Notes under the pieces: generated by a model | What the model was told of the DNA's origin: nothing | Seen by the model: the letters and a program-made list of their open reading frames with translations, nothing else | Databases searched by the model: none | Shown: in pieces, positions 53,082 to 63,377 of the stretch | Position numbering within the stretch: the first letter of the stretch is position 1 | How the letters are laid out: each line of letters opens with the position of its first letter | Origin: an uncultured Gammaproteobacteria bacterium | GTDB lineage: Bacteria; Patescibacteriota; Patescibacteriia; UBA11705; JABHMO01 | Reading direction: 5' to 3' | NCBI GenBank assembly: GCA_964590105.1 | Contig: CAZPYM010000005.1 | Location: 19,015 to 83,014 of the forward strand | DNA length: 64,000 nt | Made by a program: the position numbers and the translations under genes

Positions 53082-56000
53082 TTACTCATTCATCTTTGTT
53101 CTTGTTTCTGATCCGAAATGTCCGATAGCCGGATAAAGGTTATTGGCTTGTTGAAATTTAATCAGGGCTGACCGAGTCAGGCTACCGAAAAGATCGGTTT
53201 CATTGCCGGGCGAGCCCGGACTGGAGTCAGTTAATTGAAAACCATTGTTATTCAGATATTTTTGTAATTCTCTGACGTCTTCTCCCTGCATATTTATTTC
53301 CAAATCCCTAGTAAATATATAACCCTGCGGTTTTACAATATTTTTGCCGTCCGCGAAGGAAATACTATCTTTTATTGTTAGGATAGCGTCCCATTTGTAG
53401 TTATAATAATTAAAGGCAGCCTCATTTATGATCAAGCTCTTTAAATTGTTTTGGATGAGATAAACTTTAACCGAATTATTGTATTTGATTAGTTCCCCTT
53501 CATATGACGGGATTTCTTCGGTAATAACTTCTCCTGTGTTGAATATAATATTATTTTCTACTGTTTGAATATCATTCCAGTCATAGCCAAGATTTTCAAA
53601 TGTTTTGGCGTCAACAATCCAGCGCACTTCCTCGTTTTCAACCAAGTAAACTTTTGGCGAATCAGGATATTTGATTAGTTCCCCTTCATATGACGGGTTT
53701 TCTTCGGTAATAACTTCTCCTATGTTGAAGACAATATTATTTTCTACTGTTTGGATATCAGTCCAGGCATAGCCAAGATTTTCAAATGTTTTAGCGTCAA
53801 CAATCCATCGCATTTCCCCGTTTTCAACCAAGTAAACTTTTGGCGAATCAGGATATTTGATTAGTTTGCCATCGAGTGTGGGTTCGGTATTTGGAATCGT
53901 CACAATGGGCAAAACAGTGTCAACCGGTGGCAGGCTGGTGGTGGGCGGAGGCGTGGAGACTGGCGCGCTCCCACTGCTTGGAGCAACGACAACGGGCGCC
54001 ACATATCTTCTGCCGGTTGAGCCGGTAGTAAAATTCCAGGTTGTTGTGTCTGCTATTCCTGCAAAACTATTGCCTATGGCGTTATCAAAAGCAGAGGCGT
54101 CTATTTTTATATAATAAGCAGTACTGCCGGACAGGTCCAGTGTCGGATCCAATGTTATTATTGTTGTGCCGGAGCCGGAAATGTCGGCGGTGACATCAAA
54201 TGTTTGGATAATTGTATTGTCTGATTTATACAAAACAATATTGCCAGTTTCCGCATCTACGGCTTCCGAAAAGGTAATAACTAAATTTGAAGTAATGCCA
54301 GCTGATTCCGCATCGTCGGCAGGCGACAGTGTTGCTACAATTGGCGCTGTTGTATCAATAATCAAGGCTTTGGACGCGGCCAGAGTGGTCGTGGGGGTGT
54401 AATTTGATAATGCGTTGCCCGCTTGATCGGCGATGGTGCCGGAGATGGTGGCGTCAAGATCAAGCGAGGTATCTCCGGCCTGCACCGTGTAATTGCAAGT
54501 TCCGGTGGCCTCATTCGTGGCCGTGAAAGTGCAAGTGCGATCAGTGTCGCCGGTCTCAAGTGTAATTGTTATATCTCCCGTAGAAGTAATTGCTTCGGAA
54601 AAAACAACGTCAATGTCAATTACCGTGCCTGCATTGTAGGTCCCATTAGTTTTACTTGAAGAAATGGATGTAATGGTCGGCGCGGTGGTGTCCCAAGTTA
54701 AATTGAAGGTGTCCGTGGCGGAATTGCCTGCATTATCCGTTGAAAGTAATTGAATAACATAGTCATCGTCCACAGAAGCGGAAATGGTTGTATCCTCAGC
54801 CGCTGATGTGCCAAAAGTAATTGTGCCGGAACCCGAAACCTTTGACCACAGGTAGCTGGCTATGCCGGAAGTTGCGTCCGTTACGGTGGCATTTTGAGTA
54901 AACTGGCTTTTTTGAGTCGAATTTGTTCCGGCTTCAACGGTGGGAGTGGTGGTGTCAATGACCAGCTCTTTCGACGCGGCCAGCGTGGTCGTGGGGGTGT
55001 AACTTGATAATCCATTGCCTGCTTGATCAGTAATGGTGCCGGAAATCGTGGCGTCAAGATCAAGCGACGTGTCACCGGCTTTGACCGTGTAGTTGCAAGT
55101 GCCGGTGGACTCATTCGTGGCCGTGAAAGTGCAAGTGCGATCATTATCGCCCGTTTCGAGGGTAATAATTATAACGCCGCTCGAGGTGACTGCTTCGGAA
55201 AAAACAACATCGATGTCAATTACCGTATCTACTGTATATGAGCCATTGGTTTTACTTGAAGAAATGGAGGTAATGGTCGGAACGGTAACGTCGGTAGTGA
55301 AAGTGGATAATTTGGGATTGGCCGCGGATTCAAACCCGTGATTGTCAATAATGTAAGCGTAATAGTTGTGCGCGCTGTCGCCATCCTCGAATAGAGCGGT
55401 GTAAGAGCAGGAAGGGTTGGAAGCGGAAGCGGTGGAATTGCACCACTGTCCGCCTATGCCGCAAGCGCCGCCGGCAAAATCATTTGATTTACAAACATAC
55501 AAAGTCACGGTGTCCGCACTGCCATCGATGTCAGGATCAGAGGCGGTCGCGGAAAAGGTAACGTTTGCACCAAGTTTTGTCGGATCCGGGGAATCCGCTA
55601 TGGCTGAAAAGCCGGGCGCATGGTCGACTGTGAATGGAGATCCGGGATCCTCCGCGCCTTGGGCCGATGCGGAACATTCGGAAAATTCATTATAATCGCA
55701 GACAAAAGCATACCATTCGTTTGATTCATCATCTCCTATGAGTGTGGTGTAGGTGACAGTGGCCGGTGCTCCGGAAGCGGTCGATGTGGAAATCGCCCAA
55801 CTGTCCCCGTCGCAAGTGGGCGCGCCGTTATTAACTGCGGTTACGGCATCGGTTTTACAAATTGCCAAATAATAATTATCTGACTGGGTGTCTGTGGCTG
55901 TCGCGGTAAATGTTACATTGCTTCCGACTTTGGTTGGGGTGGTTGAACTTGAATTGCCGTCCGATGGTCCAGCTGAAATGGTTGGCGCGGTATTGAGATC

Positions 56001-58280
56001 ATCCCAGCCGGTGACGCCGGAAATGGCCAGAGAGTGCGCGCCGGCGTGCCAGTCTGCTCCGCCGGTAGTCGCTGAGTCTTGCAAAGATAAATAATCGCAA
56101 CTAACAGTATCTGATGCTTTGCTCAACGTGGCCTGTGTTCCGGCTGAGGATGAATCTATGACGATCTCATTGTCGGCCGTGCCGGTACAGGAAAAAGTAT
56201 TGCCGATTATTTGAGTGGTACTGGCGGGAAAGGTTATTGCGTTTGAAGCGTTAACTGTTAAATTGTAAAACGTGGAAGCGCCGGTGAGCGCATGAGTGCC
56301 GGATAAAAAGGTGACTGTGCTCGAATTGGCTGTAAATAAACCTGAATCATTCAAAAAATCACCGGTTAAACTGACTCCGGTAGTTCCGGAAATTTCCAAG
56401 GTTCCGTCGGTAATAGTAATATCGCCGGTCACACTTGAGCCATTGCCGGACAAAGTGAGCTGGGATGTAGCGCTGTTTTGAGTAACACCCGTTACATTTG
56501 AATCGATAACGCCGCTGATGGTTGTGGCGCCGGTGGTTGTTCCTTGGTTGGTGATGGTTCCGGCCATGTTTATCGAAGCGCCGGACAGCGTAACATCGGA
56601 CGAGCCGGTACCGTTCATGATAATATTTCCGGTGCCGGAAATGGATCCGCTTAATGCAAGCGAGTTGGCGGTGGGGGCTACTGTTAGGTCGTTGGCCAAA
56701 GTAATGGCTCCGTTAAAAGTCGCGTTGGCAGACCCGGTAATACTCAAAAGGCCACTGCAATCGGCGGCTACTGTAATCGGATTGGCAAAGGTGAGCGCGC
56801 CGGCCGCGTCCAATGTAGCGGCTTTGGTGCCGCCACTCTTTCCAATGGTGATGATATTGGCATCATCACCAAAAGCATTAACGTCATTTGAACCTATAAT
56901 CGTTCCGACATTAAGGCTTATTCCGCCGGTAAAAGTATTTACGCCTGATAGGGCAAGCGTGGTGGTGGTTATTTTTATTATGCTTCCAGCGCCCGATATG
57001 GTAGAGGAAATCGAAATATTGTTTGGTCCGCCTATGGTAAGCGCGCCGCCGGCAGTTATTCCGCCCTCGCCGATAGTCAGGGTGCCGCCGTTATTATCAA
57101 TTTCTCCTCCGCCTGCGCTAATCGTAAAGCCCCTGGTGTATGTGCCTGCTTCGCCGGTGTAGACCAATGTTCCTGTGTTAAAACCATCACCCAAAACTAT
57201 GGGAGTAGCGGCGTTTCCCAGGGAGCTGTTTCCTCCATCAACAACAATCTTGTTGGCGCTGATTGTTCCCTGATTTATGATCGTGGCTCCGGTATAAGTA
57301 TTCGCGCCGGTCAAGCTGACAGTGCCGGTGCCGATTTTTGCTAGATTATATTCTCCGGAAATGACACCGCTGATTGAAAGCATGGCCGCCTCGCCAGATA
57401 CATTTAAGGTGGCATCTGCGGTAAGGGTGAGGGGGCTGGAAATGGTGCCGAGGCCGGAAATATTATTCATCGGTGAGCCGGAAAATATTACGGCCGTGGC
57501 TCCGGAGATTGTGCCCATTACGCTAAGGTTGCCGGTGACTGTAATGCCACGGGTGCTGGTGGCAATCTCTATGCTTGGATTCATTATATTAAGTTGTCCC
57601 ACTGATACGCTGCTGGCATCAATTGTTATCGTTCCGGAGCCTGAATTTTGATCGAAAAAAACAAGATCGCCCACGATGGGAATATTTTCCGCACTGGCAG
57701 TGCCGCCGGAAGTGGGAGCCCAGTGATCGGGCGCATCGGACCAATTGCCCGCTCCGCCCACCCAATATCGAGCCATCGGATCAGGATCCACGATCCAGTC
57801 AATGTCCATGTCTCCGGTGATTTTTAAATCAAATGTAGCAGTTGATTTTTGGAGATCAGTAAGTAATATTTGATAAGTATTTTCCTGGTTTATTTCTGGG
57901 AAAACGATTAAAGGATTTTGGCTATCCGGCAGGTAAACGGTCACGGTTTTTTGCGCGCTTTCGCCTCGCGGTCGAGCAAATAGCGTGATGTCGTTTTCCT
58001 TGGTTAACGGCTTTTCAAAAGTCACTCTGATATATTGACCGTCCAGCATTTCCGCCCAGTTGTTGTCCTTTTCTTTGACCGTATCGAAAAGGTCTTCAAT
58101 TGCGTTTTTATTTTCATCTAACCTGAAAGCTTTGGATATAAGAATTCTGCCGGACGGGGATTGCTGAGTCTCTTGCATGGCCAATACTTGTTGGTCAATT
58201 AATTGACTGCAAAATAGTAAAATAAATAAAATAAAAACCAGAAGCAGTTTGAGCTTTAACTTCTTTTGTAACGCTGTCAT
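53082..58280 (-). CDS. Giant secreted surface protein: autotransporter-type beta-strand repeats, Ig-like domains, 62-aa repeats, C-terminal peptidoglycan-binding domain
   Basis: Signal peptide; K.GTG.V.LTGANTYTG repeats; DTTAP linkers; GEDVRELQKYLN...FG.LTR.AL..FQ. Confidence 0.85.
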   Translation of the reverse strand: MTALQKKLKLKLLLVFILFILLFCSQLIDQQVLAMQETQQSPSGRILISKAFRLDENKNAIEDLFDTVKEKDNNWAEMLDGQYIRVTFEKPLTKENDITLFARPRGESAQKTVTVYLPDSQNPLIVFPEINQENTYQILLTDLQKSTATFDLKITGDMDIDWIVDPDPMARYWVGGAGNWSDAPDHWAPTSGGTASAENIPIVGDLVFFDQNSGSGTITIDASSVSVGQLNIMNPSIEIATSTRGITVTGNLSVMGTISGATAVIFSGSPMNNISGLGTISSPLTLTADATLNVSGEAAMLSISGVISGEYNLAKIGTGTVSLTGANTYTGATIINQGTISANKIVVDGGNSSLGNAATPIVLGDGFNTGTLVYTGEAGTYTRGFTISAGGGEIDNNGGTLTIGEGGITAGGALTIGGPNNISISSTISGAGSIIKITTTTLALSGVNTFTGGISLNVGTIIGSNDVNAFGDDANIITIGKSGGTKAATLDAAGALTFANPITVAADCSGLLSITGSANATFNGAITLANDLTVAPTANSLALSGSISGTGNIIMNGTGSSDVTLSGASINMAGTITNQGTTTGATTISGVIDSNVTGVTQNSATSQLTLSGNGSSVTGDITITDGTLEISGTTGVSLTGDFLNDSGLFTANSSTVTFLSGTHALTGASTFYNLTVNASNAITFPASTTQIIGNTFSCTGTADNEIVIDSSSAGTQATLSKASDTVSCDYLSLQDSATTGGADWHAGAHSLAISGVTGWDDLNTAPTISAGPSDGNSSSTTPTKVGSNVTFTATATDTQSDNYYLAICKTDAVTAVNNGAPTCDGDSWAISTSTASGAPATVTYTTLIGDDESNEWYAFVCDYNEFSECSASAQGAEDPGSPFTVDHAPGFSAIADSPDPTKLGANVTFSATASDPDIDGSADTVTLYVCKSNDFAGGACGIGGQWCNSTASASNPSCSYTALFEDGDSAHNYYAYIIDNHGFESAANPKLSTFTTDVTVPTITSISSSKTNGSYTVDTVIDIDVVFSEAVTSSGVIIITLETGDNDRTCTFTATNESTGTCNYTVKAGDTSLDLDATISGTITDQAGNGLSSYTPTTTLAASKELVIDTTTPTVEAGTNSTQKSQFTQNATVTDATSGIASYLWSKVSGSGTITFGTSAAEDTTISASVDDDYVIQLLSTDNAGNSATDTFNLTWDTTAPTITSISSSKTNGTYNAGTVIDIDVVFSEAITSTGDITITLETGDTDRTCTFTATNEATGTCNYTVQAGDTSLDLDATISGTIADQAGNALSNYTPTTTLAASKALIIDTTAPIVATLSPADDAESAGITSNLVITFSEAVDAETGNIVLYKSDNTIIQTFDVTADISGSGTTIITLDPTLDLSGSTAYYIKIDASAFDNAIGNSFAGIADTTTWNFTTGSTGRRYVAPVVVAPSSGSAPVSTPPPTTSLPPVDTVLPIVTIPNTEPTLDGKLIKYPDSPKVYLVENGEMRWIVDAKTFENLGYAWTDIQTVENNIVFNIGEVITEENPSYEGELIKYPDSPKVYLVENEEVRWIVDAKTFENLGYDWNDIQTVENNIIFNTGEVITEEIPSYEGELIKYNNSVKVYLIQNNLKSLIINEAAFNYYNYKWDAILTIKDSISFADGKNIVKPQGYIFTRDLEINMQGEDVRELQKYLNNNGFQLTDSSPGSPGNETDLFGSLTRSALIKFQQANNLYPAIGHFGSETRTKMNE
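53455..53870. repeat. 186-bp tandem repeats (3 units) in the surface protein gene
   Basis: tatttgattagtt recurs at 53482, 53668 and 53854. Confidence 0.8.
54355..55280. repeat. ~320-bp direct repeat (600-bp offset) duplicating an Ig-like domain
   Basis: 54355-54680 closely matches 54955-55280. Confidence 0.8.
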
Positions 58281-58360
58281 AATTTTTTACCAGTTTGTTA
58301 GTCTTGGGTGGTTAAATATATATAAAATTATAGCACTTTCGCTTGGATAATTGAATAGGA

Positions 58361-59968
58361 CTAATCCACAGGTGTGGTAATTAAATAAAGTTTGCCGTCG
58401 GTAAAAAATAAATCACCCAGGAAATTAATTCCGAGCTTTGGTGCGACAAATTGTTGTTTTGTCGCGTTGGTTATCATTCCGGTGCTTTGCAGATCGTTAT
58501 ACAAAAATTCCCGCTCAGTGTCTATGTCAGGGCTGATTTGGTGGGTTATACCCCATTTGATACCGCTGTCAAAGCTGGCCGTGCCAACGTAAATGGCGGC
58601 TCCATTTTCCATAATATAGTTTGTTTTCCAAAAACGCGCATGGTGCCTGGTGCGGACATTATTCGCGTCAGTCGCTTTTTCAAAACCAAAGTCATGCACA
58701 TTGGCATTCCAAAAGTCTGGCGTTATCGGCGCTTGGGAGTATGGATTTTTCCAGAAAGCCGCCCGCGCCAGTTTTGTTATGCCGGGAACGCTGATATTGT
58801 CAGCCAGTTGCCAGCCGGCTTTTTGAAACAGATCAAGCAGCTGCTGATCATTCTTGGCAATAATAACGAAACTTAATGGTTCCTGAATATTGCCCAATAA
58901 TGTTTCAGTGTATTTTAATTGATCGGGATTAAAAATATTCATTACTTCAGTTGTCGTGACGGCGGCGGAAGCTTGAAACATCATCAGCTCAGGCGTTTGA
59001 TAATTAAAACCAAAAATAATGTATAAAAATATTGAAGCGAAAATAAGGCCAAAAGTGGCTAGGCGTTTTTTTGTTTTCGGGAAAAAAGTATCAGGTTTTT
59101 GTTTTTTATGCAGAAAATACTCTAAAAAACCAATAGCAATAATCAGCCAAATCGCGCCTACTAAATATCCGCCCCAGACATCGCTCACGTAATGAACGCC
59201 CAGATACAGGCGGCTAAAACCGATTAGAAATATCAGTATGAAGGTGATAAAAAAGATATTTATTTTTCTTTTCCATTTTTTTGAATGTTTTATTAATACA
59301 TAAGCAATAAAGCCATATAGAGCAATGGCAATAGTGGCGTGTCCGCTCGGAAAAGAAAATGAATTTTCAAGATAAAGGGCAACGCTCGGTCTGGCGCGAT
59401 GGAAAATCAGTTTTCCGGCAAAGGTAAAAATTTCGCTTCCCGCGATGCAAAGTAAAAGCGGAATAATATATGATCGTTTGTTCCAAAGCCATAAAATTAA
59501 AATCGCGGCAATTGTGAAGATTAGGACAATCTGCCATTTGCCAAGCAAAGTAACCCAGAAAAAAAATCTTGTCAGCGCCGGATGGCGAAAAGCCGCCAGT
59601 AAATTGGCGGCGCGAATGTCAGCGGAAACAATAATTTCGGAATTGATAATGCTTTCAATGACGCCTCCGAAAAGAAAAAGAATATAAAGCAGGGCGAGTG
59701 AAAGAAGCGTAAGCGGCCGGCCATAAAAGTGGTTTTTCTTTAGTCGATTCTTTATGAATTTAGCAAGAATTTTATGGCGTTCAATAAATTTTATAACTTC
59801 AGGATTTTCAGCTATGGCTTGTTTGATTGATCGCCAAATTGAAAACAAAAAAGAAAAAAGTTTTTTACCTTTTCTAATAATAAGCCATTTAAGCAAATAG
59901 ATAACGGTCAGAAAACCGATAAAAATAATGATAAAGATACTGGCCCTGGTTGACCATGGAATAATCAT
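58361..59968 (-). CDS. PAP2 phosphatase with LssY C-terminal domain
   Basis: K..F.R.RP, FSFPSGHA, SRLYLGVHY.SDV; RHHARFW, H.I.PDID.ERE. Confidence 0.88.
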   Translation of the reverse strand: MIIPWSTRASIFIIIFIGFLTVIYLLKWLIIRKGKKLFSFLFSIWRSIKQAIAENPEVIKFIERHKILAKFIKNRLKKNHFYGRPLTLLSLALLYILFLFGGVIESIINSEIIVSADIRAANLLAAFRHPALTRFFFWVTLLGKWQIVLIFTIAAILILWLWNKRSYIIPLLLCIAGSEIFTFAGKLIFHRARPSVALYLENSFSFPSGHATIAIALYGFIAYVLIKHSKKWKRKINIFFITFILIFLIGFSRLYLGVHYVSDVWGGYLVGAIWLIIAIGFLEYFLHKKQKPDTFFPKTKKRLATFGLIFASIFLYIIFGFNYQTPELMMFQASAAVTTTEVMNIFNPDQLKYTETLLGNIQEPLSFVIIAKNDQQLLDLFQKAGWQLADNISVPGITKLARAAFWKNPYSQAPITPDFWNANVHDFGFEKATDANNVRTRHHARFWKTNYIMENGAAIYVGTASFDSGIKWGITHQISPDIDTEREFLYNDLQSTGMITNATKQQFVAPKLGINFLGDLFFTDGKLYLITTPVD

Positions 59969-59985
59969 TCGTTTGTTTTTAGAAT

Positions 59986-60073
59986 ACTATTAATTAAATA
60001 AATCTTACCGTCAGTAAAAATAAATCATCTAAAAATTAGCGCCGATTTTCGGATTGACAGAGAGTTGTTTTTT
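59986..60073 (-). pseudogene. Degenerate copy of the 3' end of the LssY-domain gene
   Basis: Reads KQLSVNPKIGANF..DLF.TDGKIYLI versus KQQFVAPKLGINFLGDLFFTDGKLYLI at 58371-58460. Confidence 0.6.
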
Positions 60074-60604
60074 TTAGTCAAAAAATTCAGGCGATTGAAA
60101 TCGGGCCAAGGCGCATTTTGTAGCATCCTTGAATTCATCCACTCTGTTATAAAGGCCCTTGGATAGAATTCCATTTGTGCCATCGTATTGTCTAATCTTG
60201 CCACCTGTATCGTTCATCAGATTTTTGATCAAAGGGCCTAATTCTTCGCCTCCCTGAATTCTTCTCTGAATAAATTTTGGAAGTTGCATTTTGGCGCTCG
60301 TGCCTACGCCGACCTGGCCGCGCTTATTCATAATTGCAACAATACCGCCAAGAAACATCCCGTACTTATTAGTATCGACATAACCTTCCATCCCGATATA
60401 ATAGTCAGCATCCGAGTATTTCAATTTTGCGTTTTTTGCTCTATTAATGGCGCCATTAATTCCTTCTTCTTCGGTCAGGGGTTGCTCGGAAACATTAGAG
60501 AAGAATTTTTCGCCAATCATTTCAACATTAGACCAGATTTTGCCAAGCACCTCTTCAATTGCTTGAATTTTGGCTTTATTCTTTGTGCAAATTATTATTT
60601 TCAT
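60074..60604 (-). CDS. yjjX: Non-canonical purine NTP phosphatase (YjjX/DUF84)
   Basis: TKN.AK..A, S.V.EQP, GA.NRA, GMEG, ELG, G..G.LS. Confidence 0.85.
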   Translation of the reverse strand: MKIIICTKNKAKIQAIEEVLGKIWSNVEMIGEKFFSNVSEQPLTEEEGINGAINRAKNAKLKYSDADYYIGMEGYVDTNKYGMFLGGIVAIMNKRGQVGVGTSAKMQLPKFIQRRIQGGEELGPLIKNLMNDTGGKIRQYDGTNGILSKGLYNRVDEFKDATKCALARFQSPEFFD

Positions 60605-60624
60605 ACGAAATGCTTAAATAGAAG

Positions 60625-61026
60625 CTATTTTTTATAACGCTCATTAAAGGCTTCCTCGTCGCCATATTTTACAAAATTTTTGTGATGTTCCGGCGGTTTG
60701 AAGCCAGCGTATTTGTCGTGCATTATGCCGCACCAATATTTTTCTGTTTCCCCTGCAATAACTGTCCAGTATGACATAAGGCCGTTTCCATAGCCGCAAT
60801 ACGCGCAACCAATCTTTTCATACCAGGTGAGGTACTTTAATTTGTGCCTGTCGATTCTAATGTGATCGGATCTTTTGATGTACTTTATTCCGTACAGAAG
60901 AAAACAACTTCGATGATAAATTTCAATCCAGAGATCAAAGATTACCAGCGGAACGACAATGCTCCAAATTATCGGTAAAGAAATAAGTTCTTGCATTTTT
61001 CTGCTTTTGTCATTTAGGTTTTGCAT
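60625..61026 (-). CDS. Hypothetical membrane protein
   Basis: TM helix; DRH.L.YL...EK..C.YC.Y.NG...E.YWC.I.H. Confidence 0.7.
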   Translation of the reverse strand: MQNLNDKSRKMQELISLPIIWSIVVPLVIFDLWIEIYHRSCFLLYGIKYIKRSDHIRIDRHKLKYLTWYEKIGCAYCGYGNGLMSYWTVIAGETEKYWCGIMHDKYAGFKPPEHHKNFVKYGDEEAFNERYKK

Positions 61027-61166
61027 TTGGTCAAGTGTTAGGATTAGTTTTTAGTATTCAATTCTGTCTCAGCGGCTTTTGTTGTTGTAAAAAGATACGG
61101 TAAATTCATCCTGCCAAGTTACCTTTCGTCATGGGTACTTTTTGACAATTGCAGGACTTGGGACAC

Positions 61167-61721
61167 TTAATCTTTTTTAGTGGCAAAATATAATTTTGTT
61201 TGGATTAACGTTGCGCCAAGTTGTATTATAAACATTGTTAAAAATAAAATTGTAAATCCCCATTGATTTATAATTAATGTTCCAATGAACGAAGCGATGC
61301 CAACGGCCAGGTATGCGCCACCGCCCTCGAGTCCCCATTGTGAACCCTCTTTTCCTTTCTCAATATGTTTGGCAAACAAAGCAATGAGTGGCGCCGATAA
61401 GCAAGCTGTGCCTATGGCAAAGATAATTTGGAGAATAAATAATTGCCAGGGACTTGAAATTATCAAATATAGCAAACTGCCAAGAGCATACATCCCATAA
61501 CCCAAAATTGTAATCAATTTTTTGTTTAGTTTATCAGATATTTTTCCGACCAAAATCATTAGCATGCCGGTAGATAGGCCGAAAACCGTGACTGTAAAGC
61601 CCATATCCAATATACTGCCGCCAATTTTTTCAACGAAAACAGCATAAAACGGACCAATTAAATTGTCGCCGAAATTCGCCATTAGACTGGCGCTCAATAA
61701 TATTTTATAGGCCTTTTTCAT
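61167..61721 (-). CDS. Half-size (6-TM) MFS-like transporter
   Basis: G.ISDK...K motif A; six hydrophobic helices. Confidence 0.7.
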   Translation of the reverse strand: MKKAYKILLSASLMANFGDNLIGPFYAVFVEKIGGSILDMGFTVTVFGLSTGMLMILVGKISDKLNKKLITILGYGMYALGSLLYLIISSPWQLFILQIIFAIGTACLSAPLIALFAKHIEKGKEGSQWGLEGGGAYLAVGIASFIGTLIINQWGFTILFLTMFIIQLGATLIQTKLYFATKKD

Positions 61722-61732
61722 TTGGTGGATTG

Positions 61733-62881
61733 TTATCCTGGCAAGGTTTCTTTTTGAAATCCTTCTCTGATTTGTTTTATCTCGTTGAAAGTTTCGAGCG
61801 ACCTTCTGACTTTTTTTATTTGTTTGCGTTTTTGATTATTTTTTTCTTCAATTTTAAATAGCTCCATAGCTATCCTTATCATTTCGTCGGCAGACATTTC
61901 AGCTGATTCGTGAATTTTTTCAGCTAAAGGTTGAAAGGATCCTCTCATTTGTTCGGCGCCTTTTTTAAATGCCGGTTGTTGCAATATAATTTCTAGAATT
62001 TGTTCGGGTGTCATTTCTGGCGTCAGCTGTTCGGCCACAGCTTCAAAAATTTTGCGTCCGTGTTTGGTATGGGCAGAAAACTCGTTTTCATAGACTTTTT
62101 CAACATCGTCAATGTCTTTTTCCGTAATAGCGCCTGTTTTTATGAGTTTTTGAATATCGGTTAAATCATAGTTTCTGCCTTGATGCAGTTTGTAATAAAG
62201 AACTTTGCCGGGGTGCGACTGATTGAGAGGTTTTCCTTGAAATTCAATTGGATATGGCTTTCCCCATTCTTCAGGCAGGGCGACACCTGAGCTTCCCGTC
62301 GGTTGACCGGCGGCGTTTTTTTCTACGACATGAACATCAACAAAGTTCAATGATTTATCCCGGCGAATTTTTCCTTTTGCATCAATAGCGGCAATGAGCA
62401 TATGCTCTGTGTCGGAATCCTGAAATTTTTCATGGCCCACTCGCTTCATAACTTTTTTTTTCGTTTCAGCCAATGTTCTGGACAAAAACAAGCCGTACCC
62501 CTTTTTTAATAACAGCGCCTCCAATTTGGCCAGCTCGTCTTTTTCAACTGAAATGTCAACGTCTTTGTGGTTGCCGATATAATTTCCATTCAACAATGAA
62601 ATATTCAGCGCGCCGTCAATGTGCCAATTTAGTTCGGAATTTTCAAAAATTTCACTAAGTTCACTCAGTCGTCTGTCCATTTCCTGCGCTTGCTCCGGTG
62701 TTACTGGTTTGCGTTCAAAGTTTTCATCAAGATTTTCTTGATCAAAAGGTTCCCAAGGCGGTTGTTCTTGTTCGAAATATTTCTCCCGATTTTCTGTGGC
62801 CTGCCGTTCTTCAGTCGTCATCATGCTTTCGGCCAGGTCAGTTTCTTTTTGCGTTGGGTTATAGAGCTCTTTTTGCATCAT
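61733..62881 (-). CDS. Nucleotidyltransferase-fold protein (LinA/ANT(2'')-like)
   Basis: WHIDGA...H.DVDI...VDV...K....R.YD..D. Confidence 0.6.
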   Translation of the reverse strand: MMQKELYNPTQKETDLAESMMTTEERQATENREKYFEQEQPPWEPFDQENLDENFERKPVTPEQAQEMDRRLSELSEIFENSELNWHIDGALNISLLNGNYIGNHKDVDISVEKDELAKLEALLLKKGYGLFLSRTLAETKKKVMKRVGHEKFQDSDTEHMLIAAIDAKGKIRRDKSLNFVDVHVVEKNAAGQPTGSSGVALPEEWGKPYPIEFQGKPLNQSHPGKVLYYKLHQGRNYDLTDIQKLIKTGAITEKDIDDVEKVYENEFSAHTKHGRKIFEAVAEQLTPEMTPEQILEIILQQPAFKKGAEQMRGSFQPLAEKIHESAEMSADEMIRIAMELFKIEEKNNQKRKQIKKVRRSLETFNEIKQIREGFQKETLPG

Positions 62882-62948
62882 AAGTATTGTTGTTTTGTGT
62901 ATGTCAGATGTTTTTTTAAGAAAAAGCGGATTAGCAAAGCTGATTAAT

Positions 62949-63344
62949 TTATTTGGCAGGGGTTGTTTTTCGATTTTTAAACCAACCAACAAGAAATAAA
63001 ATTCCAATAAAAAAGGCGATTCCGGCAATTTGTATGATCCAAACTATATAGTACCATCCAAAACCGGTGGTAATAATATTTTTCAAAACAAATCCAATAT
63101 ATAAAATTCCTGCAAGCATGAAGACGATTCCCCCGACAATCTCGCGTTTCCAGGAAATTATTAAAACAATCAGCAAGATAATTGCCGGAATGTTGTGCAT
63201 AAGCAATCCCAGGATTGTTCCCCAAAATCCATAATTTCCTTCAAAAATATCCAAAGACATCAAAGACAAGAACAATACAAAAATTATTGACAATACTCTC
63301 GGCGTCCAAAATATAAATTTGTTGATTTTTTTCTCCATATTCAT
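62949..63344 (-). CDS. 4-TM membrane protein
   Basis: W.PR.L.I......S.D.F...MH..PA motif. Confidence 0.7.
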   Translation of the reverse strand: MNMEKKINKFIFWTPRVLSIIFVLFLSLMSLDIFEGNYGFWGTILGLLMHNIPAIILLIVLIISWKREIVGGIVFMLAGILYIGFVLKNIITTGFGWYYIVWIIQIAGIAFFIGILFLVGWFKNRKTTPAK

Positions 63345-63377
63345 TCAGTTATAAACTTGGGATATTATTTTGGTGGC

